A stretch of 64,000 nucleotides of DNA from Octopus sinensis (taxonomy: Eukaryota). The notes beneath the pieces were generated by a model. The model had not been told where the DNA came from, searched no databases, and saw nothing but the letters and a program-made list of their open reading frames with translations. Where the stretch lies: assembly GCF_006345805.1 (NCBI RefSeq), contig NC_043012.1, positions 48,794,001-48,858,000 on the forward strand, read 5' to 3'. Made by a program: the position numbers and the translations under genes. The stretch's first letter is position 1. The number at the start of each line of letters is the position of its first letter. Positions 51,301 through 64,000 of this stretch are shown here, piece by piece.

Positions 51301-52689
51301 GACCACTAAGTCATTGCCATTGTCAAGCTATTTTTTTTCTCGTTCTCTTCCCGCCCCACACTCTCCTTTCGTCCCTTGTAGTTGCTACTGTTTGTTATTA
51401 AACACGATATCACAATCAATACAGCAGTTTTCTTTAACGTAACTTTCAGATATCTTTTGATCTGTTGTATTTTCATCGATACCATAATTGCGGCTGTCGT
51501 TTCCGAATGTGTGGGTGGTGATGTGATGGCAGGGGATGTGTCTGGTGTGTCCAGTTCTTGTTGACTTCACCATAAGGATACCGAGATCAAATTTCAATGA
51601 CTCCTACTTCACAATGTTCAATATCTCGGTGAACAAGCACACCGGATAAAATGCTTAGCGGCATTTCGTCCGTCGTTTCATTCTCAGTTCAAATGCCGCC
51701 GAGGTTAGCTTTGCGTTTCATCCTCTCAGGGTTCATAAAATATGTAACAGTTGAACGCTGGGGTCGATCGGATCCACCTGTCCCTCCCCCGAAATTGCTA
51801 ACTTTTTGCCAAAGTTTGAGAACAATATCTATTGCAGTGCTTCTCAAACGGTACCACGCGGCACATTAGTCTGCCACAAAGCGTATCGAGGCGTGTCAGA
51901 TGTAGAAAAATATAGTTTAATGGGGTTTTTTAAGACCAGTGTATTGGCAATATTTTAGTACGATTTAAGCTTTTTTAAGAATAAGGCATAAAACTTGACA
52001 TAAAGTTTTAGTAGCAGTAGTTATAACCACCCTAGATTATTGTATATCATTATATCATTATATCATTATATCTAGATTATTGTATATCATTATATCATTA
52101 TATCATCATTTCATTATATCTAGATTTTTGTATATCATTATATCATTATATCTAGATTATCGTATATCATTACTTTATATCTAATAAGCTGAACTGCCAA
52201 CTTTTGTTATTCTAGATTGAACAGCACTTTGAACACACCCTGCTAAACACTACTTGTGACAGCTGACTAGTTTGCAAAAAGAACAAATGATGTAAAATGA
52301 ATTGATGAACAAACAAGTATTTAAAATGTTAATTTTTGTTGAAAAAAATAGAACACATATGAACGTTCATTTTAAAGGCAGGAAATGAAAGGAAAGGTTT
52401 CGGTTTCGTCACGGTTTCACATTGCAGTGAAACTAGAGGTGGCTTTAAGTTTAATTGTAAAGTGTATTTGTAAAGTTAATTGTAAAGTTTAATTGTAAAG
52501 GTATTCACGGTTCGTCTCGCAGCGGCGTCGAGATGGCCGTCTCATTTGCAACATAATCATGTTCATTTCATTATCATTTTCCATTCGTCTTTATGTCCCC
52601 GCATGTCAGTTGTATGCCCTTCTGTATTCAGGCCTTGTACCTATAATAAAGAGAAGAGAAAAGCTGACTAGTTTGCAGAATGCAGTCGG

Positions 52690-53330
52690 GACGGGACGTC
52701 AATTTGGAAATCTGCTATGCAATAAAGTTTGAGCTCAACTGGGCAAAAACGCTATAGAGACTTCTGAAATGCTCCAGTCTGCTTATGGATTAAGTATCTT
52801 TTTCTCGCTGAAATAAGAGGGCCAAGCAACGTGATCCACCGGAAAGCTCACGATGTTCCCCTTTTTTTGACATGAACAGTATCATCTATAATAACTGGGT
52901 TCCCACTGGCCAGCTGGTGAACAGTTAGTGCTTTGTGGAGGTTTGAAGGGAATTCGGGAAAAGATTTTGTCGCAAAAGACCAAACCACCGAGACCTGGAC
53001 CTGCACAATGCACCATTCCACAATTCCATCATGGTTAACCAACTACGTGACAGAGAAGGGAATCAAAGCTGTCCCTCATCCTCCCTAAAGTTCAAACCTG
53101 CTCCCAGTGACTTTTAGTTCTTCCCCAAGCTGAAAGAGAAGAAAGGGTCTTTGACACCTTCAATATGGAGAACCTCCATGGGACCTTCACGAAGCGGACC
53201 GAGTGCATTGAAATCAGGAGATCCTACTTTGAAGGAGACTGGTTTTGTACTTCTTTGAAATGAATAAACGCCTCTCCTGTAAAAAGTCCACAAGATTCTG
53301 GAATCTTCTTTGAATATACTAAATTTGTTC
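52690..53330 (+). pseudogene. Decayed, internally deleted mariner transposase
   Basis: LEICYAIKF...LGKNAIETSEMLQSAYG; FFDMNSIIYNNWVPTGQ; HNAPFHNS; GIKAVPHPP*SSNL...PSDF*FFPKLKEK; CIEIRRSYFEGD. Confidence 0.85.
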
Positions 53331-53583
53331 ATTCTTAGCGGAGTACATGTTTATTTATATATTATATATTTTGAAAACCGAAGTGGAGGGCAGGACAAAA
53401 ATGGTTGGGAAATTCTATTTTACTAAATCCATTTTGATTCTTGTCATGAAAACGTGTTTTTCGTGATTTTGTTTTCGTATAAGTATGATTAACAAAAGAA
53501 ACTAAGCAACAATTTAAGTATTTCTAAAAATGTAATTTTAAATTAGCAAGTAGACTGAGAAAGTGCTATTTTAGCAGTGTAGG

Positions 53584-53622
<39 letters not shown>

Positions 53623-53774
53623 CACACACACACACACACAAACTATTATCTTTAGTCTCTTTTATTTTCATTTATTTCTTGAGATGTCAAGATTCAGCGT
53701 ACCCCTGTGGCCTGATCCCTGACAGAATTCCACAGCAACTCTCATACTTTTGTAGTTTTACATGAAAAGTCAGC

Positions 53775-53856
<82 letters not shown>

Positions 53857-54207
53857 TTACACACCAGCTTAAATTAATTCGTCCTTGGTTCAAAGACACC
53901 TGTTCTTAATGTCTTGTTATTTGCATTTGTATTTGTGTACCATTTCTCCGCTTTTTTTACATCCTTGTTTTCGTATACATTCGCTGCTTTCTTCCAAGGA
54001 ATCTAGTGCTCTTAGCTTAGTTTTTCCTTGTGGCTGGCCAGATTGGAGCAATCTCGAGTATAACTAGCCGAAATTTCAAAGATAATCTGGAACTCGACTG
54101 AGGAAAGAAAACTCCGAATGACCCGTCCTTCCTTGTTTTTTTCTTGTCCCTTTTTGTATCATCTAACTGTCTGGATGTTTTGCCTTCTTGTCCCATTTTT
54201 TGTATCC

Positions 54208-54268
<61 letters not shown>

Positions 54269-54369
54269 TAAAAACAGTAAGATAACACAAGAAAGAAAGA
54301 GACCTCAATATCATGTAAATAGAGGAAACTTATCGGTAAAATAATATGTGACAATTATTCGGTAGCCAA

Positions 54370-54430
54370 GATAAAACTTTGAGTTTCTGATGCCGAGGTG
54401 GAAATCCACAACACCATCTCTTCGGTTATC
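54370..54430 (-). ncRNA. Hammerhead-like motif, family D
   Basis: Minus strand: GATAA-CCGAAGA-GATG...GTGG(ATTT)CCAC...CATC-A-GAAA-CTCAAAG-TT-TTATC; perfect 5-bp stem I. Confidence 0.55.
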
Positions 54431-54728
54431 TGGCCCAGTGGTTAGGGCAGCGGACTCGCAGTCGTAGGATCGCGGTTTCGATTCCCAGACTGGGCGTTGT
54501 GAGTGTTTATTGAGCGAAAACACCTAAAGCTCCACGATGCTCCGGCAGGGGTTGGTGGCGGTCCCTGCTGTATTCTTTCGCCACAACTTTCTCTCACTCT
54601 TTCCTCTGTTGGCCTGCTCGCTTAACCAGCGGGGTGGTGTCATATGAAGGCTAAAACAATGCGAAGCGCATTGTGACCAGCGATGTGTGGCAACATCTGA
54701 TAGTCTGGTCGGACACGGTGATCACGGT
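54431..54728 (+). mobile_element. SINE family E
   Basis: tggcccagtggttagggcagcggactcgcagtcgtaggatcgcggtttcgattccc head; matches 59343-59648. Confidence 0.88.
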
Positions 54729-54829
54729 GATATATATATACATATAACAAAGTGGAGTTGTAAGGTACCGCACGAGTGGAATTATATATGAAAGAAGGTT
54801 TGAAAATGCAATTTTAAAAGATGATTATT

Positions 54830-54874
54830 TACTTGATCGGTTTCACTTTTTTAGAAAAAAGATTGTCAAATGTA
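54830..54874 (-). ncRNA. Decayed hammerhead-like motif, family E (U3-A8 core)
   Basis: Minus strand: TACAT-TTGACAA-TCTTTTTT(CT)AAAAAAGT-GAAA-CCGATC-AAGTA; several mismatches. Confidence 0.4.
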
Positions 54875-55008
54875 CCATGTAAAAGCTTGGTTGTGTGAGG
54901 TACTTGTTGTCACAAAATATTACAATATATATATACATTCTTTGATAATAACAAGAACATGTTAAAAACAGTTTACAAAGGAAAATCTCTCTCTTTCACA
55001 CACACACA

Positions 55009-55111
<103 letters not shown>

Positions 55112-55804
55112 ATATATATGTGATATATATATAAATTTATATACACATTTATATGCATTAACAAATATATTTAAAATACCTCTAATGGGTGTTTCAGTTT
55201 ACCAATTGCAAAGTTAATTTCAGTTAATAGAAGTCATTCTCTATTAGATATAAGAGGTTCTATTGTATTTGTGCATAGACTAAAGAACACACTCTTCTCT
55301 CTGTTGAATTCTTCTTCCTCGGCCATGTTATAAAAACAATGCTCAATACATCTCAATGAAAATAAAAGCTTAGATAAATAATGGTTTCAAGTTTTGGTTC
55401 GTGAAGACGAAAGCTAGTCAGTGTATTGTATCTATTGTATCTAGTTTCAGCTCACGAGCTGTGGCCATGCTGGGGCACCGCCATTTGGTGTTGCTACATG
55501 ATTTTACTTCACGAATGCTTTTTAGCAACTGCCATTTGGTGCATGAGAGAGTTCGATGCAGCTGCCCTCATCTGCACCTCCTGCCATGAATGCATTCTTT
55601 GTTATGATGTGGATGTACAATTGCCATTCGAGATCGTTATTAACAATGAAGCCTAACATTTGTAGTGACTTTGGGAGATCCAGTTGAGGTTCACTTATTT
55701 TCGTTACTTTTCTTGCATTAGTGAATTAAAACTTAGTACCTGTGCATATTAAGAGTTGCTAAGAGTAGAAATGAAAATTTGTACATATATTGACAGAAAT
55801 TATG

Positions 55805-56150
55805 GGCGCAGGAGTGGCTGTGTGGTAAGAAGCTTGCTTCCGAATCACATTATTCCGGTTTTGGACCCACTCCGTGGCACCACGGGAAAGTGTCTTCTGC
55901 TATAGCCTCGAGCTTGCTTACGAGCCTCATGGTTCCAGATTCAGTCCCACTGCTTGGACCCCTGGGCAAGTGCCTTCTTCTATAGCCTGAGGCCGACCAA
56001 AGCCGTACGAGTGGGTTTGGCAGAGAAAACTGAAAGACCGTCGTATATAAATATATTCAATTTTGTGTGCTTGTGTGCATGTGTCCATGCGTGTGTGTGC
56101 CTGTGTGTATGTACGTGTGTGTGTGTGTGTGTGTGTGGTGAATGAGAAAC
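55805..56150 (+). mobile_element. SINE family A head with an internal duplication
   Basis: gggcgcaggagtggctgtgtggtaagaagcttgc; the agtcccact...tatagcct segment occurs twice. Confidence 0.8.
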
Positions 56151-56545
56151 CCTGCTCTAGTTTAACATCTCATCTCTCACATTGTCATTTCGCACTCCAA
56201 ACAATCTCTTATCAAATTACCAAAGAGGAATACAAAAACAGGATCTTGCTTTATTTACTAATTAACAATTGTGTGTGTGCGTGAGTGTGTGCGTGAGTGT
56301 GTGCGTATGTGCATGTGTGTGCGAGCGCGCGTGGATGTGTGTGTGTTGTTAGAGTGGATGCGTGCATAGTTTGAAACTAAGCTTGTGCGTTAAAAGTTCC
56401 GTTTGCATGTATTAAGAATTAAGAAATACTTTGGAAACTGTTTCAGCTTAAAACTCAAATCCACGGCTACAACGTGAGCAGAGAACAAACTGTCTCGATT
56501 TCCAGTGTCCTTATTCTCCAGCGGACAACATGAAGACACCAAATA

Positions 56546-56682
56546 TATTTCTTTATTGCCCACAAGGGGCTAAACATAGAGGGGACAAACAAAGACAGAC
56601 AAAGGGATTAAGTCGATTACATCGATTCCAGTGCGTAACTGGTACTTTATTTATCGACCCCGAAAGGATGAAAGGCAAAGTC
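56546..56682 (-). mobile_element. SINE family B, 3' part
   Basis: tatttctttattgcccacaaggggctaaac...gatgaaaggcaaagtcg. Confidence 0.88.
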
Positions 56683-56921
56683 GCAAACAAATATTTCGCT
56701 ACGTTCCGATTGGTCGCAACGGAAGTCTACGATGACCTTAAATCGCAAAGAGCTGACCGTTTGCTCTTATTTGTCTCCAGAGATTGTTAAATAATATCAA
56801 AAGTTGCGGAAACCTCTGCTGCTGCAGGAGTTAGTGTTGTTGATGTTGTTGATGATGATGATCATCATGACCACGGTGGTCATGGTGATGATATCGCTAA
56901 TGCTGCAATTGCTATTGTTGT

Positions 56922-57031
<110 letters not shown>

Positions 57032-59298
57032 AACACACACAAGCACAGAGTTCAATATGACATTTAGTGAGTTGATGACGTCGATGCAGTTAATATTTCT
57101 TTTTTTTAACTTGCTTTGACTGCCGCTGTTGCTGCTGCTGCTGCTGATGTCTTTTGACGGTGTTGTTGTTGCTATTGTTTTTGAGGATAATGATGATAGT
57201 GGTGGTGGTTGTGATGATGATGATGATGATGACTGATGGTAATGAAGATGACGGTCCCGACGATGTTATGCTGTGTTTTTGGTATTGCTGTCCCACGGCT
57301 GATTTCGATGTTGTTGATAGTGATTTTGATGCCTCCATTGTTGCTACTGCAGTTGTTGTAGTTGTAGCTGTTATTGTTGTTGTTGTTGTAAGTACAGCAC
57401 TACATATTACGGTTACAATGATAATATAGCCCTGACACGTTGTTAAAAGACCAGCAAAATTGATCAGATCGGATTTTGATGTCTTTATCTCTTTCTAAAT
57501 TTTGTACCTCCCTCCTACAATCTCACTCACTCACTCACTCACTCACTCACTCACTCTCTCTCTCTCTCTCACTCTCTCTCTATCTCTCTTTGTTCCCTCT
57601 CTCTGTCTATGTCCCTGTCACTTTCTGTGCTTCTTGCTTTCTGCCTATTTCCTCTTTTTCTCTCCGTCTGTCTCTTTCTCTCTCACCGCTAAAACAATAA
57701 CAATCGCACTACTCTCTCTCTCTCTCATTCTCTCGCTTTCTTTCTCATTCTCTTTCTTTCTTTCTTTCTTTCTTTCTTTCCAACTCTCTATTTTTCTCTC
57801 TTCCTTATTCTTTCTTTCTCTTTCCCTCTCACTGTCTCACTACAACCTCTCTACCACTCTATATCTGTCTCTCTAGTATTGCTACTCTAAATGTTAATCG
57901 TTCTCTATCCCACGTGCTCTTACTCCATTCTCGATATTTCATTTGCCATTCATGTCTATCTTTCGCGCTTTGTCTTTGTCTGTCTGTCTGACTGACTGTC
58001 TCTCTCTCCCTCTTTCCTCTATGAATCAATATATAGAAATACGTATCCCATGTACACACATGCACATAAGAATGTGTATATCTATGCATGTATATGTATG
58101 TCTGTATGTATGTGTGTGTATATACGTATGTGTATATACGTATGTGTGTATACGTATGTATGTATACGTATGTGTGTGTGCTTGTGCAAGTACGATATAT
58201 AAATGCCGAAGGTGATTTCTCTCCAAGCAGAAACTAAAGGAACTGTTTAAACATGTTGCAAGCTCTTCCACGATGGCAACCAAATCCTTTGACTTACTGG
58301 ATACGTTTCTCCGTCTTCAGCATTTATCTCAGAGACTCAAACGCTTCGTCCATAACCTTGTATGTTTTGCCTAGTTAGAACATCGAGGACTGAATTAATT
58401 TTCGCTGGCAAAGAGGTGCAATCTAGTCTCTCGCTGACCTCAAGTAACGTGTCTGCTACTAACAGTTGTCTTGGTATTGCGCTTGTGGCTTTCTCCCATT
58501 TTGAATATGTGTGTGTATGTGTTTTTCTTTGTTAAGGGGGCGAATTGTTTCAAACTTTCGGTAAGAAGATAGGTTTGAGACACTAACGTTGCTGGGAAAC
58601 TAGGGTAGTCGACAACAATAGGGGCGTCGTGTATTATGCTTTGACAAGAGCTTCAGGTATCATGCAGTTTTTGGCCCTTTTAGTTAGGAAGACATGTATA
58701 GTTTGTTCTTTAAGAGCATTGTAGTTTTCGCTACTCAGGAAGTTTGGGGGCTTTCAGACAGAAAGAGCAAATTCAGTTGGAGTAATGTTACTTCCACTTC
58801 TTCTGGAAGGACTACGTTCCACTTCAAGCCCAATTGAATATACCTGTCAGTGTTTGATGCAAAATGGAAAGTGGTTTCCCCACAGTTGCTTTTCTTCTTT
58901 TTTTTTATAAGCCTTATCAAGTTACTTTTGGGATTTGACATCGTTGGGTTATAATTCCAGTGCCTATTGGTTTTGGCTACCGAAGTTAAGGATTTCTGTA
59001 AGGACCTAGTCTTGATTCGGCTTTCGTCTAGTGCCCTATAATATCCCGTCAAAGTACTCATGATAATGCAAAGCGTTTCGTTGATAAAAAGCACAACATG
59101 GCGTTTCGAGGTAAACACATCGGTGTATATGTATTGACAGTAGTCTGTCATTTTATCTCTCTCTCTCCCTCTCTACCCCCCTTTATACACATGTACGTTT
59201 GAATGTTTGTGCGCTTGAGTGTATGCGCATGTACGTATGCATCGTATATGCGGTTGAGAATGTGCTCAATATATACATACATACATATATACATATAT

Positions 59299-59332
<34 letters not shown>

Positions 59333-59342
59333 ATATATATAG

Positions 59343-59648
59343 TGGAGGCGCAGTGGCCTAGTGTTTAGGGCAGCGGACTCGCGGTCGCAGGATCGCGGTT
59401 TCGATTCCCAGAACGGGCGTTGTGAGTGCTTATTGAGCGAAAACACCTAAAAGCTCCACGAGGCTCCGGCAGGGGGTGGTGATCTCTGCTGTACTCTTTC
59501 ATCACTCTTTCTCCCACTCTTTCTTCTGTTGGCCAGCTCGCTTAGCCAGAGGGGTGGCGTCATTCGAAGGCTAAAACAATGCGAACGCATTGTGACCAGC
59601 GATGTGTAACAACATCTGATGGTCTGGTCGGTCACATGATCACGTGAT
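59343..59648 (+). mobile_element. SINE family E
   Basis: Full copy between (TA)n tracts. Confidence 0.9.
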
Positions 59649-59729
59649 ATATATATATATATATATATTGAGCATGTGCTCAATATATATACATACATAT
59701 ATATATATAATATATATATAATATGTATA

Positions 59730-59760
<31 letters not shown>

Positions 59761-60657
59761 ACACACACACACACAAGCACATAGTTCAATATGACATGTG
59801 TATAAGTACATATTTAAATGAATATCTATGTCTATATATATATATATATTATATAGCATATATATATGTATATCATATATATATATATATATATATATAT
59901 TATACGCATACACACACACGCACATATAGATATATTATGACCATGCGTGCGTGAGCGTGTATGAGCGTGTGCGTACGTATATATGTACATGCACACACAC
60001 ACACACACACCACATGCACACACACACACCACATGCACACACACACACACGCACGCACGCACGCACAAATATATGCATCTGTCCTACCGATTGTATCCAA
60101 AAGTAAGAACACCGCCTTAGGGGCCGATACAGCTGGAAATGGGAGACGTCTCTGGTGTTTCTGTAAAGATGCAAAGGGTCGGAAGTGTCACCGCGAGGCA
60201 TCTCGTCCAGCACTGTAACAGTTCCCATAATCCATCGCCTTGGATTGGGGCTTTGTTAATGACCCCGAAAAGATGAAAGGGGAATTTGACTTTCAGCCGC
60301 GGAAAGAAAGAATTTAAACAAATGCTGCAAGGCTTTCGAGACATTTGTCTACGACTCTATCAGTTCACCACCTCTCTCACCCTCTCTCTCTCTCTATTCA
60401 TATATATATATACATGAATATATGAATATATATATATTTGTGTGTGTATAAACATATATATATATGTGAATAAGCACGCACGTACAGACCTTATATATAA
60501 AGTGAATTCGATATGTATATTTACACACAAACACACACACACATCTATATGCATGTATGTATGCATGTCTCTCTCCTTCCCCTCTCTCTCTCTCTTTCTC
60601 TTTCTCTCTATCACTTCTTCCCTCCCTCTCTATCTCTCTCTCTTTATAAATATATAC

Positions 60658-60693
<36 letters not shown>

Positions 60694-61100
60694 ATAAACA
60701 TACGTATATTATACCCAGTTTGCCTTAATATATATGTGGTGCTTATACTACAAGAAAGAAAAAAAAACAGGCCTCGCCCTTTGCAGATAACAACTGAAGA
60801 ATAGAAACAGGAAAGACCCGAAGTATTCATAAAATTAGGTCATTGTGGAATCCCTGTTTCCAGAGTGAATACCTGTAATTATAATTCTATCCTACTTTGA
60901 AATATAAGCAGGAATGTAACGCAAAGGTATGATCCTTGATAAGTATCTGAAAACCCTACTCAACTCCATTGAGTACTAAACTAGATATTGTTTGAAATAA
61001 TATGTATACATTTGTTACGAGGCTTTCTGGGGGTCGATTTATTCGACAAATTCTTCATGGCCTCAGTTAAAAGACTGATACATGTAAAGGAATATATATA

Positions 61101-61330
61101 TATTTTTTATTGCCCACAAGGAGCTAAACACAGAGAGGACAAACAAGGACAGACAAAGGGATTAAGTCGATTACATCGACCCCAGTGCGTAACTGGTACT
61201 TAATTTATCGACCCCGAAAGGATGAAAGGCAAAGTCGACCTCGGCGGAATTTGAACTCAGAACGTAATGGCAGACGAAATACCGCTAAGCATTTCGCCCG
61301 GCGCGCTAACGTTTCTGCCTGCTCGCCGCC
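61101..61330 (-). mobile_element. SINE family B, full length
   Basis: Near-identical to the reverse complement of 14430-14642. Confidence 0.92.
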
Positions 61331-61688
61331 ATATAACTATGCATGTTTGAAGGTGTGTGCGTGTCTCTGCTTGAGAGTGTGTATGTGTGTTTGTGTGTGT
61401 GTGTGTGTGTGTTGTGTGTATGTGTTTGTGAGTTTATTTTGAGGTCACTCGATTGAAATACCAATATCCCGTATCTTAGGATCTTTGCCACATGTGTACT
61501 CTGTACGTGAACGTGCAAACGCACGCGCACACATCCACACGCACGCACGCATACACTCACTCACACCCCTACACACAGGTAACATAGACAGATACACACA
61601 TAGACTCAGACACCATCCTATCGTCCCATTTCAACGTACATAATCTTCATAATCGTATGATGACGACGACGACGACGCCAACGACGAC

Positions 61689-61721
<33 letters not shown>

Positions 61722-62025
61722 CATGATGATGATCATGATGATGATCATGATGATGATCATGATGATGATCATGATGTGATGATGAGGCGATGATGATGGC
61801 GGTAGCAATGACACTGTCAGTTGGGAATTAGGTTCGGCATTTCATTGTTCTGAGTTCAAATTCCATTGAGAGACTACTACTTGTCATTCCGACTCACCTG
61901 GGATCGATATCTTAAGTCCCAATGAATGCCAAAAGCAACTGTAAGTTTGATATGTCATTGTTTTTTTGCTTTTTGCTATATTTTATCTCCGACCTTCTTT
62001 CCCTCCTCTCTACTCCCCTCCCTCT

Positions 62026-62096
<71 letters not shown>

Positions 62097-62189
62097 TGTG
62101 GGAGAGAGTGAGATTGCGAATAGAGATATTAATAATGTCTAGTTAGATATTCGCGTATATTTACCTGCATGCAAAAATGTACCTGCGTA

Positions 62190-62580
62190 TATACGTACGT
62201 GTATGTATGTATGTATGTATGTATGTATGTATGTATGTATGTATGTATGTATGTATGTATGTATATATACATGTACACACACACGCATATGTACATTCAT
62301 GTAAACAGGCATTTACGTGTGCATATATATAGGTATGTATGTGTGCATGTATGTATATATGTCCATGTATATATATGCATGTATGTATGTATGTATGTAT
62401 GTATGTACATACTTACGCATGTATGTATACAACAAAGGCATATATACATAAATGTATATATATATATATGTATATACATACATACATACATATATACATA
62501 TATATACATATATATATACAAATATATATATACATATATATATATATACATATACATATATATATATGCATATGTATGTG
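62190..62580. repeat. (TATG)n/(TA)n microsatellite
   Basis: Direct reading. Confidence 0.93.
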
Positions 62581-64000
62581 TGATGGTGTCTCTACTTATA
62601 TAAGTGCCTACCTGGGCGTTTGTGTACGAGTGTGTGTGCATGCTTGCATGTGTCTTGATAATATATGGAATTGGTTATACATTCTCTACCAGCAGACCTA
62701 AATACAAAATAATACTTCGTCTGGACAGATATATGAAATATGGCGTCTCAAAGGGGGAAGAAACCAATCCTTTTTACTGATACAACAAAAGCATTGATTT
62801 ATCGCACTTGTTGGAGACAGGTGGAATTCTGATTGATTAAATCAGCTGGAGACATATTGTGGATGGGCCGCATTGTAGTGTAATATTGCTGATTACAAAA
62901 CACTATCGTTGTGCTGATTTTCACTAAAAGCTCTGATTTGGATTTATTTTTCAAGTTTGCTTTACCTCTGAGGTTTGGTTATTCTTTGAGCAAACTATTG
63001 GTAAATTGATTTATAACATGGGTACAAGGTCACGTATATGGTGTTGTGTGTGGGGATTGTGAAATCGATTAGAGAACTGCAACCATTGTCCTGTTTTCTG
63101 TAATATTTTTTTTCTATTTTTGTTTTGTTTGTGGGGCGCCCAAAGCCGACAAAAATGTTTTCAATAAATTCAATTCAAACTTTAGAAAAGTAAAAAAGTA
63201 CATAAAACACCACTCGCCCTGTCTGAAATACAAACTATCAAATACTAGCTTAAAAGATGCACTTGTACGGACTTTAAAGCTGCCGTGGAGCGCTAATTGG
63301 GCCTGTGGCCCAAAACTAAAGAGGACTATTTTCTTCTTTAGGGGACAATAAATAAAGCATTTATCGGTACCCTGTCAATATTGTATTACTTTAAATTCAG
63401 CTTAAATGAAAAACTTGTATGTTCACAAATTTCTGGAGTTCTTATAAAATTTGAATTTCCAACTGTTAGCGTATAACAAATCCTCACCCAGACCTGATTC
63501 CAATGCTGGATGTTCAAGAACCAAAATGAAAGGCAGATGTTCAATCCCGGGATCATCCTGATAGATATAAGAAGTAAAAATAGATTACATAATGTGACTG
63601 GGATAAAAAAAAACCCCGCATGACTGAATGCAGAAACATCATCGTGATTGAAAAAAAAAGGGACCTGTAACCCATTTCTAGGCTACATGAGTCTTATAAG
63701 TTCTCAGTTATACTTCTTTTATAATCTCCTCTCTGGAAGGATGAAGAACGCAATTACAAAACGACGATTTATAGACTTATAGCTTACAAAAAATAAACGT
63801 AACAAGATAGTATATGGCGTATTCTCTGACGCTATATCAAGTCTGTCAGTTATGATGCAAAGTATTACAAAGTTGTAATAAATCATAAGAGGGTATCAGG
63901 TGTATTACACGTCCAACATTAGTGTCTTTCTGTTCGTAAGCTTTCGTGACATGAAAATGTCTAAACAGGCTTAATATACATATTATAAGTTTACATAACA

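Noticed and set aside
51835-52280. hAT element starting cagtgcttctcaaac
   Set aside because: No convincing right TIR or target duplication found.

Overview
AT-rich eukaryotic genomic DNA saturated with microsatellites and tRNA-derived SINEs. The repeat repertoire resembles octopus (coleoid cephalopod) from recall; I could not run a search. It is probably intronic or intergenic. I found no recognisable host protein-coding gene. Almost every entry in the ORF track is a microsatellite, SINE or antisense artefact. Real coding remnants are all from transposons: several Tc1/mariner fossils and MITEs, a CR1-like RT fragment, two R4/Dong-like endonuclease tails ending in (TAA)n, and a Tx1/L1-clade ORF2 3' end running into (CTAT)n. 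The most interesting signal is non-coding. At least five sequence-distinct families of minimal type I hammerhead-ribozyme-like motifs (nine intact or near-intact copies) lie in small elements beside (TA)n tracts. Several have non-canonical cores (U4C, a U3-A8 covariant, A6U, an 84-nt loop II). They are arranged as inverted pairs and as a 245-nt tandem, as expected for Penelope-like-element or retrozyme relics. All folds were paired by eye and cleavage is untested. The window also holds an indel-free 55 x 26-bp minisatellite, two microsatellite-bounded tandem duplications that may be assembly artefacts, and a few weak candidate small exons. SINE family letters A-E are my own labels, and SINE and microsatellite boundaries are approximate.
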